DNA from: Camelus dromedarius
Taxonomy: Eukaryota
Assembly (NCBI RefSeq): GCF_036321535.1
Contig: NC_087436.1
Location: 11,160,001-11,224,000 of the forward strand
DNA length: 64,000 nt
Reading direction: 5' to 3'
Of this stretch, positions 12,651 to 24,000 are shown piece after piece. Both the position numbers and the translations under genes were made by a program. The first letter of the stretch is position 1. Each line of letters begins with the position of its first letter. The notes under the pieces were generated by a model that saw only the letters and a list, made by a program, of their open reading frames with translations, did not search any database and was not told where the DNA came from.

Positions 12651-15051
12651 GGCTGCCTTATCCCAAGGACACTTACTCACTCGAAGTATCACCCTCTGAT
12701 CTAGACAGACACTAGAACTATTTCCACGTTTTTTATCTTGCATATGAGGAAACTGAGACACAGGGTGAGCCTGTGATTCATTCAAGCCTGGCCTAGAGGG
12801 AGAGTCAAGGACTCTGAGCCCCAGCAGGGTATCTCCCAGCCCTCACTGCAGCTGCTTCCGGGGCCCCACACAAGTCCCCTCCCAGCAGCCCCAGCCCACC
12901 GAAGGTGCGGCAGCAACGTGACAGCTCTGTGTTACTCACGTGGTGCTTAATCACATAGCGCCTGACTGACTGTTCACTGTTCTCCAGTGGCTGCCTTCCC
13001 TCTGCCGACAAAACCTCATCTCATCAAGACCCATGTTTCATGCATCCTGATTTCCCTTGTGAAGGAAATCCTACCCACTGAAGGAGCTTAGAGAACAGTC
13101 TGCTGACGGATAAAACTCAGGAATCGTAAGGAAGTGGCAGTCTTAGAGGAGGTTAATGGCATCGTTTGATTTTGAGAGTCGTATAACGCCCTCAGAGTGC
13201 CAAATAAAAATTTCTTGAAGTAATTTTTATGGGACGATGTGGCGTCAATGAATTAATAGGCACCGCCCCACTAGGAGCGCGGACTACGAGGAGCTCCTCC
13301 CACTCCCTACCTGGGGCCCGGGTCTGGCGGCATCTCCACTCCTTCCTTTCTGCATTTGCAGGAGGAGAGCCTCAGCCTCCTTTACTTGAGTGTAAAAGAC
13401 ATAAATGACAGGGAAACCTGCGGAATGTGCTGACCAGTGAAAACCCATAGTAAACATTCAACACTTGAGAGGAGGAAAATTGTTTTCTCATTCCTGTTCT
13501 GTGCCCTGATCCACTCTCCCCTCCTCTACACAGAATAAAGCAGGTCCCTAACTAACCTAGAGGATAAAACAGGACTCTCAAATCCTACACATTTTGTCCG
13601 AGGACACATGAATTCCCCCACATCATAAATTTGCTTCTAAGAGGAAATAAGAAACTGGGTTTTAGGGAGATAACTTCTTTCATTTTTGAGACATTCTGGA
13701 GTAAAATAAAATATAACTTACAGCTTCCTCAAAATTCGAAGGAAATATTCTAACTGGCTTAGGAGACTGGTTATACTGAGCACCGCTCTAGCCGACGATT
13801 CTGAAATAATTACTTGCTCCTGTCAAGAAAGGTGATTGTTTTCATGTGGGACATGCTGAGGGGACAGCAGTGTAGCAGGAGTTAAGCAATTAGTTCTCGC
13901 CACACCATTGACAGAAGACTCCTGAAATACATCAGTGATGCGCCCAAAGCCTTCACAATGTTTCTACTTTTATAAAAATGTCACATGTTTTCCCCACAGT
14001 GCTCTCAAAGGAAGTCTGGGATTTTACTCCAAGCTGTGAACTAACTTTTACGTGCTCTGTAAGATCTGAACAGGTCAAGTTCTTATTTCCTACATCAGCA
14101 CATTCGATAGCACGGCTTCGATTAGCTATCGGCAGCTCTGAGACCAGACATGCCCTTGCTCACTTGGGATTGATACCATGTTTTAAAACGTCCCTAAAGT
14201 TTGAATTCTTTATTTCAGGAAGAATTTGAGCCAAAGACTAGGAAAATATCAGCAGTGCCAGGCCCTTCTCTTCCCCCAGAGGGCTTGTCTCCTCCCACCC
14301 TAATACAAGAAAGAAGATTCTCGTTTCTGTCTCCAGTATCCCTTTACGTGAGTGAGGCAGGGCAGATGGAGGTGGGAAAGGGGGCATGTTAACTCTCTGG
14401 GGATTCCTTCTCAAGAAGGAAAAAAATGTTGTATCAAGATTTAAATACTCGTGCCTCAACAAACACAGACAACCAAGCAAAATTTAGTTCACAAAAATTC
14501 AAATTGATGCCCTAGGGAGAAAGAGCTCAGACTAACAGCCATTTTAGTGATCTTTCAGATTATTGGAATTTAACAGCAGTTTATTATCTTCACCAATAAC
14601 AGCAGCAAAAATGATGGGGACCGTTAGGTCTAGGCATTAAAACAAAATTATCACTACTACATTATCCATGATCTGACAAGTGTGAAGAACTCATGAAGAT
14701 GACTTAAGAAATGTTCTCCAATGAATGGAGCTATTGTGGTTAAATGAGACTAACATGGGCTTTGAATTTTAGAGCTGCTGAATTAAGCAGCAGGTAATGA
14801 CATGTGCTTATTCTAATTAAGCAGAAAGGGAAAACAGAAGTATACACAATGGTTTTCTCCTTCACCTCGAGATGCCCCAGTGTGTAAGCATCAAACCCCC
14901 TCCTCCACGAATTCTATGCAACCCTCCAGAAAGCAAGAACATTGCTTAATTCCTGTGTGATGTCAAATAATGCCTTATCCTCTCTTAGCCGCCTCAATTC
15001 TGCAAACCAAAGAAAGACATAAATGAGGATAAAATTCCCTAATGATAATGC

Positions 15052-15587
15052 TGTTACCCAAAAGAGAAATGGAAAAGACTCCAGTTCTTGTCTTACCTGA
15101 AAGATTTACAGACAGCAGACAGAAAGCATTGTGGAGCAGAAAGATTTTAAAAGATTTATTTAGGAAAAGAAGAGTCAGAGGTGAACTGATTCAAGGGAGA
15201 ATCGTGGTGGTCTTTGTCTCCTCTTTCTCTTATACCCTCACTTAAAGGTGGTCTCTTGATTGATTGACAGCTCTTGCCCCTGGAATACTTAGTCATGCTT
15301 GTCCCCTTTTGCACATGTCCTTACCCATGATGCACACAGAGAAACCCATGGGGCAGGGGTGCCTAAACCTCAATGCTAATTATATTACAATGAGCATTGG
15401 ATCCTGTCCAGTTAAGTCCTTCTCGCTACTGCGCAGTTGTGGCTGTTGAGTTTGAACAAGTTTCTCACTGGCACTCATTTAGAAGCAGCCCCTTTATGCT
15501 GGAGGTGGGCGTAATGCCATCTTCAGGATCATTACCTTTCTTCTCCATCTGTCTGCCTGGTGCCCCCACTTACCGAACTACCTAACA
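15052..15587 (-). mobile_element. ERV1-type solo LTR
   Basis: TGTTA...TAACA termini, 4-bp TSD ATGC (15048-15051 / 15588-15591), minus-strand TATAA (~15232) upstream of AATAAA (~15157); homologous to 60536-61079. Confidence 0.85.
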
Positions 15588-16064
15588 ATGCCATGGATTC
15601 TTAAGAATAAAGATTGTATAAAGGCGCATCAATATTAAAGGGATCAAATGCATGAGTTTGAGGTCTCTAACTCAAATTACAACCTCCTCAAAGACAGGCA
15701 TTGGGTTGTATGCTGGCTGGGGCTCTGGCCATCCTGGGGACAGAGCTCGGGGCATGACTGGGGCTGGCGGGAGGCACAAGATCTGGCTTTCCTAGAACAA
15801 GGTCCAGGGAGGATCATGCAAACAGGCTGCCTTGCCTCCTATTTCACTCCCCTCTGTGAAGTCACTGAAACCCCTACTCAGGACCTCAGCAGGATCAGCA
15901 TGCAAGAAAGATGCATTTGGGTAAACATCCAAAGCAGATAAGGAGGTATGGTTACTAAACAGAAATGATATACACTTCTTTCTGGAACTGACCTTTCTAT
16001 GTGGTTGATACATGAAAATAGTCCTAGGAACTTTTTCTCTGTTTTTTCTGAGAAGGTAACTCAA

Positions 16065-16225
16065 GTTTTCTAGGTCTTGTGTGTGTCAGACACTGTGCTA
16101 AGTAATTTGACATTTGACATGTTACCTAATTTAATCCTCATAACCCTGTACAGTAGGTGTTTCCTTTTAATTTTACAAGTGAAAAAACAAAACAAAACAA
16201 AAACAAAAAATGGAGCTTCAGAGAA
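16065..16225 (-). mobile_element. MIR fragment
   Basis: cagacactgtgctaagt...tttaatcctcataaccctgt...attttacaagtgaaaaaac. Confidence 0.6.
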
Positions 16226-16699
16226 TAGCACAGGAGAGAAGGTCGGTGATGATTTCTTGAGTTAGAGTTGGAATAAAGCATGAGCTTATTATCATCGACA
16301 TCTATTAAAACAGCCATTCCAAATACTTAAGAAATAAATATTTTTTAAAAATTTTTTCACAAGATCATGACTAGTGGAAAGTGCCCCTTCTAAGCACCTG
16401 GTCGTTGGGTCCAGAGGTCAGCCTGTCACAGATGCAGTGTTCACTCATGCCAGTTTTCATGATTCCATTTCTTGGCTCTCTGTATATTCCAGTGGTTAAA
16501 GGCTCCGTTCCTCGGATTGGACTGCGTTTGAATCCTAACTGTATATTTGGGATAAATCTTAGAAAGAGCTTTACTGACTTTATGCCTTAGGCAAATTGCT
16601 CAACTTTGGAATTTCTAATGGGCTATTTAAGGGAGTGGAGGTAGGCTGATACCCACGTGGAACAGGTTAGATACAGCCTGACATCACTGTGCAAAATGA

Positions 16700-16930
16700 C
16701 AAGTGAGCCCTATGTCGGCAGCCAATACTGAAAGGACCCTCGTGGACGGGGTGGACACTGTCTCCTCGCCTTAACCTGGGCGGCAGGCGGACTGCTTCCG
16801 CGGACGGTCAGCAGCCTTTGGCGGCGTCGGACTGGTTTCCAGCATTGACCAAGCCTCTATTTAAAGTCCCTGAAACTGAGCCTGGGCGGCTCTTCTAGCT
16901 CGAACCAGCCTGGGAGGAGGCGATCCCACT
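16700..16930 (+). promoter_or_regulatory. CpG-retaining promoter-like segment
   Basis: CCAAT (16722), GGGCGG (16778, 16884), TATTTAAA (16858-16865), many CpGs against a CpG-poor background. Confidence 0.35.
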
Positions 16931-16932
16931 AT

Positions 16933-17060
16933 AGCATCCACCCCGTTCGTGGCATCCACCATAGCATTCATTGCATCCATGGCATGCCTAGCTTCCACAG
17001 CATCCGCAGCATCCGTGGTATTATGGCATTCACGGATCCTCAGCATCCGTCATTCATAGC
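16933..17060. repeat. Degenerate 9-bp tandem array with GCATCC core
   Basis: GCATCC-like hexamers at 16934, 16952, 16964, 16973, 16982, 16991, 17000, 17009, 17018, 17026, 17034, 17043. Confidence 0.75.
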
Positions 17061-17699
17061 AGCCACTGTCTACTCTGCATGCACTCTTCTTCCACGGTGT
17101 CAGCTGCTGGTTCCCCACACGCCCCAGCTCTTCCCTTGATTCCCAATGCCCTATGCTGAAGTCAAGAACACTGAAGACTCCCTCTTTCTTGTTTGCTCTT
17201 TTTTTTTTTTTTTTTTTACTCCTTTTATAATATCCTTCCTTCTTCTTGGAGCCACGTGGACTCTCTGGTTGGCTATAGTGGGGAATATGTTGGGAGAAAG
17301 AAGAGCTCAACAGATAATATCTCAAGGTATACGCCCAATTCAGAAGTACATAGAAGAGGCTGAAGTTAGAATTATTTCCAACATTATTTATATGGGCAAG
17401 AAAACAGAAGTACCAAATTCACCCAATAATGATGGCGAATCCGTTGCAGTTCCCTTCTTTTCCTCTCTCCAGTGATTTTGCAGATTAGAGTCCTCCAAAG
17501 ATTCTACTCTGAAATGAGGCTCCTGTGGCAGTAAAATTCTAGTGATTGAATGATACCTATTCTCAGGAGCAGCCTCCCTCTCCTGGACCTTCTCCCTCCG
17601 CCCTTACCACACACACCACCACCACTCCGCCTTCTCCATTTCTTGCATTTTGCCAATGTCTCTCACACCTGTATCAAATGATATGGGAAATCCCTTTTA

Positions 17700-18400
17700 C
17701 AAACCGAATGCGAGTAAGATCTAAATTCCAAAGCAAGAAATTGCCTCAAATGATGACAATAAAAGCAGTCGTGTATGTAATGGAGTGCTGGGAGTATGTC
17801 GTAATGCATCAAATGTTATTCTGTTATGGCTGTTGGGAATTACTCCACTGCTTGCAAAGCACCTTCCCGTGCACTATTTGGTTAAATGTAATAGCTCAAT
17901 ATCTCATTCAAAAGAAGCACTCCACTAACAGGAAACGTTAGAGGCTTGCCCGTGTTAAGGAAAGCTGGCCTTCTCTCTTGCGCTGAATATTCACAAGAGG
18001 AAGCACAGCTGGCCTTTCAAGTAAGTGAGACACACGCCCAGTTCGGAGAAGGTGGGCTGCGGGAGGTTTATCGAATGAGATGACTAATCCTTTCAATGCA
18101 ATTATGTCTCCGGGCATCATTTTTAGCTGGTCTAAATGTCCCCATTATTTCTGTGGTGTAACCAAATAGGCGCCTTGATTTTTTTTCAACAATTTTTTCT
18201 GCTGAGTTTTCATCACTGGAGTTGCCAAAATCAGTGTGTCCCGGCTACTAATGACCTGTGGCACTGCCTGCCCCTTCCCGCTCACCGGCTGTGGCAGGAA
18301 GTGTCCATGGTGCTTCCAAAGGTCAAGTAATGGTCAAGTAATTAGCGAAGGCCAGCGGTCACTTCAGGCAGCTGAATCCCCTACAGTAGGCTTCCATAGA
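17700..18400. promoter_or_regulatory. Putative enhancer / conserved non-coding block
   Basis: No recognisable repeat, CpG-retaining, TAAT homeodomain cores, AAAGGTCA and AGGTCA-N5-TGGTCA at 18318-18336. Confidence 0.35.
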
Positions 18401-18466
18401 GCAGGAATTGTAAAGACTTTCTTGGTGTCTTAAAAGTCAGAATGATTTAAGTAAATAATACCAAAG

Positions 18467-19062
18467 CTACTCCTGGGCATATATCCAGAAGGAACCCTAC
18501 TTCAAAAAGACACCTGTACCACAATGTTCATAGCAGCACTGTTTACAATATCCAAGACATGGAAAAAGCCTAAATGTCCATCAACAGATGACTGGATAAA
18601 GAAGCTGTGGTATATTTATACAATGGAATACTATTCAGCCACAAAAACTGACAACATAACGCCATTTGCAGCAACATGGTTGTTCCTGGAGAATGTCATT
18701 CTAAGTGAAGTAAGCCAGAAAGAGAAAGAAAAATATCATAGGAGATTGCTCATATGTGGAATTAAAAAAAAAAAGAACATAAATACTAAACAGAAACAGA
18801 CTCATAGACATAGAATACAAACTTGTGGTTGCCAAGGGGGCAGGGGGTGGGAAGGGACAGACTGGGATTTCAAAATGTAGAATAGATAAACAAGATTATG
18901 CTGTATAGGACAGGGAAATATAAACAAGATCTTGTGGTAGCTCACAGAGAAAAAAAATGGGACAATGAATACATGTATGTTCATGTATAACTGAAAAAAT
19001 GTGCTCTACACTGGAATTTGACACAACATTGTAAAATGACTATAACTGAATTAAAAGAAAAA
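18467..19062 (+). mobile_element. Young L1 3' fragment
   Basis: ORF 18524-18880 [39 protein letters not shown] is the ORF2 C-terminus; 3' UTR and A-rich tail follow. Confidence 0.92.
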
Positions 19063-20493
19063 ATTGTGGGATGAAAAAAAAATAAATATAAGACAGAGCA
19101 AAAACCCATGAGTCTTTTTGCCACCAGAGTACGAGGTCAACATGGCATTAAAGTTCAGGTCAAGTTAATGCTTTGTAAAACAACACTTTCCATCAGAATG
19201 ATCATGTGGTTGATATACTATGGCTTGCTAGAGTATAAAACACCTCTGTCACTTTTCCTTTGTTGTTTACACTCCATCCTCAGTATCAAAGAAGAAAATC
19301 GCATCACTGGTGAGGTGCTGGAGTACAATCCCTCTACATGTACATCCTACCGAGCCCTGGAATCTCGTCACACTAGGAGGCTGAGTCAAGATCACCAGAC
19401 AGCACAGTCCATGTGCAGCTCTTTGATAACGAGATGGTGATAGGAAGTGATTTGATGATGGTGATCTTAAGTAGGATGACAGCAAAAGAAAACAGCATTT
19501 CTGGTCCACGTCCCTGAGCCATGACCGGCACTTCCTTTAAAATTCAGTTCAGACGAGATCCCTAAACCAGCCAGCTTAGGTTGGTTCTAACTGTCCATTG
19601 CTTCGGCATTCACGTATTCTATTTCTAGCCCACTGTTCACACCAGGTATTTCACTCCGTGATGTTTCTAAAATTATTTCAGTTCTGCATATGTTGGTTCC
19701 CTATCTCCTAGCAAACAGAAACCGTGACCAATATTTTTTAATCCTGCCAATTGAACCTGGTTCAGAGCTCCATACATCACAGGTGCTGCTGCATAATTAA
19801 GTACAAGTTTGCAAATATATGCACACTGGGCACCTATCTGATGTGAATAACAGCAGGCTGTGGAAAATGCAAAGATGCAGAAGACAGAGTTGTACCTGGC
19901 ACTCACAACACCTAACAAGAGGCTTGTGAACAATTAATAGTACTGCCAAGGGGAATCATGAGTGCTCACGGAAGAGGTTTCCTATCGTAATTACAGAAAA
20001 AGACATTTCCTTTACACTTAAAGGACCAGGGGAAACTGGTAAATGGATGAAGTGAAGTGTCTCCAGAGAATAAATATGAGAGGAGTTTATTTCAAACGGA
20101 GCCTAAGCAAGTGCCTGGGAGCCAAGAGTGCAAATTATGCTCAGAAATATCGAGAAGTATCATATGACTACATACTACACAAGTAAGGAAAAATGTGAGA
20201 AAAGGTAGGATTTTAGTTGAAATCATCATGAAGATGTTGGAAGTCACACTAAATACTTGGATTTTACTCTGTAGACCTCTATTCCCCCAAAACTGTCATC
20301 CAAGGAATATTAGTCCCAAGATATTTTCTGTTACTAAACAGTTGTGTGGTCAGAAATGTTGGGAAAATACACGTGATATGATCCCTTCTTGAATATTCTT
20401 TATGTATGTTAATAGATAAAAAATTTTGAGAAGTCTGATGGTAAAGTTTTTTTTAGTATTTTAACTCAGTTTCTCAAGCTCTATAATTCCTTC

Positions 20494-21200
20494 TTTTTTG
20501 TTTGTTTGCTTTTTTAATTGAAGGGCATGTAGATTTACAATGTTATTTTCAGGTGTACAGGAAAGTGATTCAGTTATACATATACATACATATATTTTTT
20601 GAGATTTTTTCCATGATATGTTATTACTAGAAATTCAATATAGTTCCCTGTGCTATACAGTAGGTCCTTGATATTTATCTATTTTATATATAGTAATGTG
20701 TACCTATAAATCCTAAACTCCTAATTTATCCCTCCCTGCCCTTTCCTCTTTGGTAACCATAGTTTGTTTTTTATGTCTGTGAGTCTATTTAGAGTTTGTA
20801 AATAAAATTTGTATCATTTTTTGGATTCCACATATAAGTGATATCATTTGATATTTGTCCTTATCTGTCTGACTTAATTCCCTTAATATAATAATATCTA
20901 GGCTCATCCATGTTGCTGCAAATGGCATTATTTTATTCTTTTTATGGCTGAATAATATTCCATTGTATTTATATACCACATCTTTATCCATTCATCTGTC
21001 AATGGACATTTAGGTTGTTTTCATGTCTTGAGTATTATAAATAGTGCTGCTGTGAACACTGGAGTGCATGTGTCTTTTAGAATTAGAGTTTTCTCAAAAT
21101 ATATGCCCAGGAGTGAGATTGCTGGATCATATAATAAGTATATTTTTAGTTTTTTTAAGGAACCTCCACACTGTCCTCCATAGTGGTTGCACCAATTTAC
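20494..21200 (-). mobile_element. L1 3' segment (non-inverted part of a twin-primed insertion)
   Basis: T-rich tail at 20494, reverse 3' UTR, ORF 20785-20991 [11 protein letters not shown]; 20-bp TSD 20474-20493 matches 23287-23306 (3 mismatches). Confidence 0.88.
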
Positions 21201-23286
21201 ATGTGTTCTTGTATTGGAAGAATAAATAGTATTAAAATGGCCATATTACCCAAGGCAATCTACAGATTCACTGCAATCCCATCAAATTCTCAATGACATT
21301 TTTCACAGAACTGGAACAGAAATTTTTAAATTTGTAAGGAAACACAAAAGATCCTGAACAGCCAAAACAATCTTAAGAAAGAAGAATGGAGCTGGAGGAA
21401 TCATGCTCCCTGACTTCAGGCTATACTACAAAATTACAGTCATCAAAACAGTATGGTATTGGCTCAAAAGCAGGCACATAGATCAATAGAACAGGATAGA
21501 AAGTCCAGAAATAAACCAACAAAACTATGGTCAATTAATCTAAGCTAAGGAGGCAAGAACATACAATGGAGAAAAGACAGTCACTTCAGCAGCATGTAAA
21601 TCAATGAAGTTGGAACACCCCCTTACATCATACACAATAATAAACTCAAAATGGCTTAAAGACTTAAATATAAGTCAAAACACTATAAAACTCCTATAAC
21701 AAATAAACAAAACATTCTCTGACATAAATCATAGTAATATTCTCCTAGGGAAGTCTACCCAGGAAACAGAAATAAAAGCAAAAGTAAACAAATGGAATCT
21801 AATTAAACTCAAAAACTTTTCCACAGCCAAAGAAACCATAAGCAAAACCAAAAGACAATCTACAGAAAGGGAGAAAATATTTGTAAATGATGTAACTGAC
21901 AAAGGTTTAATTTCCAGAATATAGAAACAGCTCATATGGCTTAATAAGAACAACAACAAAGAAACCAACACAATCCAAATATGGGCACAAGACCTAAACA
22001 AGCAATTCTCCAATGAAAGCATACAAATGGCCAATAGGCACATGAAAAAATGCTCAATATTGCTAATTATCAGAGAAATGCAAATCAAAACTACAATGAG
22101 ATACCACCTCACACCAGTCAGAATGGCCATCATTCAAAAGTCCACAAATGATAAATGCTGGAGAGGGTGTGGAGAAAACGGAGCCCTCCTACACTGCTGG
22201 TGGGAGTGCAGTTTGGTGCAGACATTATAAAAAACAGTATGGAGACTCCTAAAAACACTAAAAATACACTTACTATATGATCCAGCAATCCCACTCCTGG
22301 GCATATATCTGGAGGGAACTCTAATTAGAAAAGATACATGCACCCCAATGTTCATAGCAGCACTATTTACAATAGCCAAGACATGGAAACAACTTAAATG
22401 TCCATTGACAGATGACAGGATAAAGAAGATGTGGTATATTTATACAACGGAATACTACTCAGCCATAAAAAAGAATAAAATAATGCCATTTGTAGCAACA
22501 TGGATGGACCTGGAGATCATCATTCTAAGTGAAGTAAGCCAGAAAGAGAAAGAAAAATACCATATGATCTTATGACTCTTATGCAGAATCTAAAAAAAGA
22601 AGACACTAATGAACTCATCTACAAGACAGAAACAGACTTACAGACATAGTAAACAATCTTATGGTTACCAGGGAAAAGGGGTGGGAAAGGATAACTTTGG
22701 GAGTTCAAGATTTGCAAATATTAACAACTATACATAAAAATTAATTAAAAAAACAAATTTCTTCTGTATAGCACAGGGAACTATAATAACCTTGTAATAA
22801 CCTTTAATGAAAAAGAATATGAAAATGAATATATATATATATATATATATATATGCATGACTGGGACATTATGCTGTACACGAGAAACTGACACATTGTA
22901 ACTGACTATATTTCAATTAAAAAAAAGAAAAGAAAAAAAAAAGAAAAGACAGCCTCTTCAATAAGCAGTGCTGGGAAAATTGGACAGCTACATGTAAAAG
23001 AATGAAATTAGAACATTCTTTAACACCATATACAAAAATAAATTCAAAATGGATTAAAGACCTAAATATAAGACCAAATATTCTAAAACTCCTAGAGGAA
23101 AACATAGACCATTCTTTGACATAAATTGCAGCAATATTTTTTTCGAACCAGCTCCTAGAGTCATGTAAGGAAAAGCAAAAATAAGCAAATGGGACCTAAT
23201 TCAACTTAAAAGCTTTTGCACAGCAAAAGAAACCATCAACAAAACGAAAAGACAACCTACTGAACGGGAAAAAGTATTTGCTACCA
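21201..23286 (+). mobile_element. Inverted L1 ORF2 segment of the same insertion (hosts a nested younger L1)
   Basis: ORF2 motifs ggaagaataaatagtattaaaatggccatattacccaaggcaatctacagattc; resumes at 22942 and runs to gaaaaagtatttgc. Confidence 0.85.
21589..22941 (+). mobile_element. Younger 5'-truncated L1 nested in the older L1
   Basis: ORFs 22027-22230 and 22348-22575 (ORF2 C-terminus), 3' UTR, poly(A); TSD AGAAAAGACAG(tcacttca/cctcttca) at 21570 and 22942. Confidence 0.88.
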
Positions 23287-23717
23287 TCAAGCGCTAAAAT
23301 TCTTTCCTTTTCTCCTTTCAGTTTTATTATGTAGAATTATTACAGTTCAATTGCACGTACACATTATATTGCATGTGAACACATATACAGTATACTGCAC
23401 TTTTTTTAGTTTAAATATAAAGCTCTGTAATTCTTTTAATTATTATTTTCCATGACATTTTTTTACACCTTGTGGACCTAATTTTCAGGAGAATAAGGTT
23501 TATGAAAAGGTACTAGGCAAAGAGGACCAATTATATACCTGGATGGAAGGGAGTGGTGGAGCCTGATCAGTGTTTAATAGATACTTATAACTGCCCATGT
23601 TACAAAAGGAATTTCAACAATATAGAATTATTAGTGAGATCCCTGAAACCAAGCCAGCGACAGATCAGTCCTACAAGGGGTGGGGGCGTGGGGGATTCGG
23701 GTAAGTTAGTATGATTC

Positions 23718-24000
23718 TTTTTTTATTATGATAAAATATATGTAGCGTGCAGTGTGCCACTTCATTGTAAGTGTACAGCGGAGTGGCATTCAGTGCAGTA
23801 CGTTGCAGTGTGACCACCATTCCAATCTGAAACTCTCTACCCACTAAACAATAATCTCCATCTCCCCTCACCCACCCCAGGCCCTGGTAACCATTATTCT
23901 GTTTTCATCTTTATGATTTTGACCCTCTGGGTATCTTGTGTCAGTGGAGTCACATAATATTTGTCCTTTCAGGTCTGACTTACTGAGATAATGTTTCAGG
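23718..24000 (-). mobile_element. Old L1MB-type 3' end
   Basis: aagtgtacagcggagtggcattcagt...cccaggccctggtaaccattattctg. Confidence 0.7.

Noticed and set aside
16933..17060. CRISPR-like or other prokaryote-type array
   Set aside because: Mammalian context, 9-bp period, no repeat-spacer structure
17146..17941. 109-aa and 131-aa ORFs, one with a hydrophobic stretch
   Set aside because: The hydrophobic run comes from a poly(T) tract; no family resemblance or splice support
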